Positions 36,375 to 38,229 of a stretch of 38,229 bases of DNA are shown here, piece after piece; the first letter of the stretch is position 1, and every line of letters begins with the position of its first letter. The stretch covers positions 1 to 38,229 of the forward strand of contig JAHOYS010000164.1 in NCBI GenBank assembly GCA_019038815.1, written 5' to 3'. Below the pieces are notes generated by a model. The model was not told the origin of the DNA. It searched no databases and worked only from the letters and a program-made list of their open reading frames with translations. Made by a program: the position numbers and the translations under genes. Source of the DNA: Desulfobacterales bacterium (GTDB taxonomy: Bacteria; Desulfobacterota; Desulfobacteria; Desulfobacterales; Desulfobacteraceae).

Positions 36375-37757
36375 ATGATAAAATATTCCATTGCCATTGT
36401 CGATGATGAAGAAATTATAAGGGATGCCCTTTATATAACACTTTCCGATGAATTTGATATAAGCCTTTTTGAAGATGCAGAATCATTTTTGGCTTCTATT
36501 GAGAAGAGAGCACCGGATCTGGTTTTAATGGATATCGGCCTTCCCATGATGAACGGTATAGAGGCCCTTGAAATTGTAAAAGAAAAAACAAATGACATAC
36601 CCGTAATTATGATCACTGCCTATGAAGATATCAGCATGGCGGTCAAATCTATGAAAATCGGAGCATTTGACTTTATTTTAAAACCCATTAATCTGGATAT
36701 TCTGGAACTTACCATCAAAAAAGCGATTTCATCAATTGCACTTATCAAAGAGGTAAAGGTCCTCCAGGAAAAGTTTCTTCAGGAGAACCAACCCTGTTTT
36801 ATCGGGGGGAGCAAGAATATTGAAAATGTCATGGATTTTATTAATATGGTTGCAAAAAGTCCTGATACACCGATTATGATTCTGGGAGAAACCGGCACGG
36901 GAAAAGAGCTTATTGCAAAGGCTATCCATGCCAGAAGCCCTGTTTTCCAAGGGCCGTTTATTCCTGTCAACTGTTCAGCATTTCCAGAAGACCTTATTGA
37001 ATCAGAGCTGTTTGGGTATGAATCCGGTGCGTTTACCGGTGCAAACAAGCAGGGAAAGAAAGGGTTTATAGAAGAGGCGGATGACGGCACTCTTTTTTTT
37101 GATGAAGTTGCAGACTTGAGCCTGGCAGGGCAGGCAAAGCTTTTACGATTTTTAGAGACCGGTGAATTCTACAAGGTCGGTGGAACAAAAAAATATCACG
37201 TCAAAACCAGGGTTGTTTCTGCAACCAATAAAAAGATTGAAGAGCTTGTTAAAAAAGAAAAATTCAGAAAAGATTTATATTTCAGGCTCTGTGTGGTCAA
37301 GGCTGAAATCCCCTCCTTAAATGAGAGGAAAGAGGATATTATGCTCCTTGCCAAACATTTTCTGCATGAATTTAATCAAAAATTTTCAAAAATATTAAAA
37401 GGATTTTCACAAGAGGCCGAAGAATATCTTTTATCATATGAATTTATAGGCAATGCCAGGGAATTAAAAAATATGATCGAACGGGCGGTGCTGCTTGCCA
37501 GAACCGACAGGCTTGAACTGGAAGGATTAAAAGGTTCATCAAGTTCATTGAATGGTAAAGGCAAATCTAAACTCAAGCAGCATCAGGATCTGGGTCCTGA
37601 AGGAATTAATCTTGCCAAACTGCTTGAAAGTACTGAAAAAAAATTCATGGAACAGGCCCTGGCACTCTCAGAGGGCAATGAAAGCAAAGCCGCAAGGCTA
37701 TTAAATATGAATCACCACACCTTTAGATACCGGTGGAAAAAGATATCAAACAAGTAA
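36375..37757 (+). CDS. sigma-54-dependent response regulator (NtrC/AtoC family)
   Basis: REC domain (VDDE, MDIGLP, KP), GETGTGKE, ESELFG...GAFTGA, FRKDLYFRL, GNARELKN, Fis-type HTH. Confidence 0.96.
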   Translation: MIKYSIAIVDDEEIIRDALYITLSDEFDISLFEDAESFLASIEKRAPDLVLMDIGLPMMNGIEALEIVKEKTNDIPVIMITAYEDISMAVKSMKIGAFDFILKPINLDILELTIKKAISSIALIKEVKVLQEKFLQENQPCFIGGSKNIENVMDFINMVAKSPDTPIMILGETGTGKELIAKAIHARSPVFQGPFIPVNCSAFPEDLIESELFGYESGAFTGANKQGKKGFIEEADDGTLFFDEVADLSLAGQAKLLRFLETGEFYKVGGTKKYHVKTRVVSATNKKIEELVKKEKFRKDLYFRLCVVKAEIPSLNERKEDIMLLAKHFLHEFNQKFSKILKGFSQEAEEYLLSYEFIGNARELKNMIERAVLLARTDRLELEGLKGSSSSLNGKGKSKLKQHQDLGPEGINLAKLLESTEKKFMEQALALSEGNESKAARLLNMNHHTFRYRWKKISNK

Positions 37758-37764
37758 TACCTGA

Positions 37765-38133
37765 TTACATGCCACTGATGCCGACAGCCTGTTTCACCAC
37801 GGTTAAAAGCATTTTAAACTGAGAACGGGCAGTTACTGAATGGGGCACATTTGCAGGCATGACCACCACCTGCCCTTTGGTCGCTTTGATTTTTTTACCA
37901 TCAATGTTGACAAGAGCTTCACCATCCAGGACCTGAATCATTGCATCGCCGGGTGAGGTATGTGCACTGATCTCTTCGTCTTTATCAAAGGCAAACAGGG
38001 TGATATTGACGTGGGATTTACTTGAAAGGGTTCTGCTGACAACTCTTCCTTCTTCATAATCAACAAGATCAATAATATCCACAGGTGTGGAAAAAGGGAT
38101 GTTTTTAATTAACTGGGCTGCTTTGTCCGTCAT
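37765..38133 (-). CDS. cupin domain protein
   Basis: TLFAFD..EEISAHTSPGDA..QVLDG and MPANVPHSV cupin motifs. Confidence 0.9.
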   Translation of the reverse strand: MTDKAAQLIKNIPFSTPVDIIDLVDYEEGRVVSRTLSSKSHVNITLFAFDKDEEISAHTSPGDAMIQVLDGEALVNIDGKKIKATKGQVVVMPANVPHSVTARSQFKMLLTVVKQAVGISGM

Positions 38134-38229
38134 GATTATTTCCTTTTAAAAACTTAAGGTTTTGATTCTTCTGTTATTATTTTTGTTGAATATAACCATG
38201 GTTCGGCAATTTTGCAAATCTTTGGCTTT

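Noticed and set aside
483-37576. Many short ORFs overlapping or antisense to the main genes in the six-frame track
   Set aside because: They lie inside well-supported genes and show no recognisable motifs; treated as shadow ORFs
34545-38229. Sigma-54 (-24/-12) promoter for the NtrC-type regulator
   Set aside because: No correctly spaced GG-N10-GC consensus spotted by eye in the nearby intergenic regions; the target is probably elsewhere
1-38229. CRISPR array, rRNA, transposase or further UGA-recoded selenoproteins
   Set aside because: No repeat-spacer periodicity, rRNA-like or transposase sequence seen; the other TGA stops I checked fall at natural protein ends or ATGA overlaps

Overview
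AT-rich bacterial chromosomal window whose gene content (Sec-containing two-subunit formate dehydrogenase, 2-oxoacid:ferredoxin oxidoreductase, sigma-54 two-component system) suggests an anaerobic deltaproteobacterium, probably a sulfate reducer; the taxonomy is inferred. Left to right: the edge of a probable element integrated at the 3' end of selC, carrying a putative Zn-hydrolase (DUF6765-like) gene; an intact tRNA-Sec; a two-gene unit (stand-alone homocysteine S-methyltransferase plus a small Cys protein) whose leader is a degenerate copy of the selC promoter and the 5' half of tRNA-Sec; a housekeeping run (M20 peptidase, larC, pgpA, recA, alaS, two peptide-ABC permeases); yitT; a redox operon (GltD-like Fe-S flavoprotein, second flavoprotein, OFOR alpha/beta, Na/Pi cotransporter); a kinase-like ORF; a four-gene signalling operon (periplasmic binding protein, HAMP-PAS histidine kinase, REC-STAS protein, 1096-aa MalT/STAND-like ATPase with C-terminal wHTH-BTAD) convergent on fdnG(Sec)-fdnH-fdhE, whose upstream region carries a GGTTACA-N4-GGTTACA direct repeat; a CI/LexA-like repressor; a GAF-PAS kinase with an NtrC-type regulator; and a cupin. 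The best candidates for undescribed biology are the binding protein -> kinase -> REC-STAS -> STAND/SARP-like relay next to the FDH operon and the tRNA-Sec half-copy leader. All product calls come from visual motif recognition; no database searches were run.
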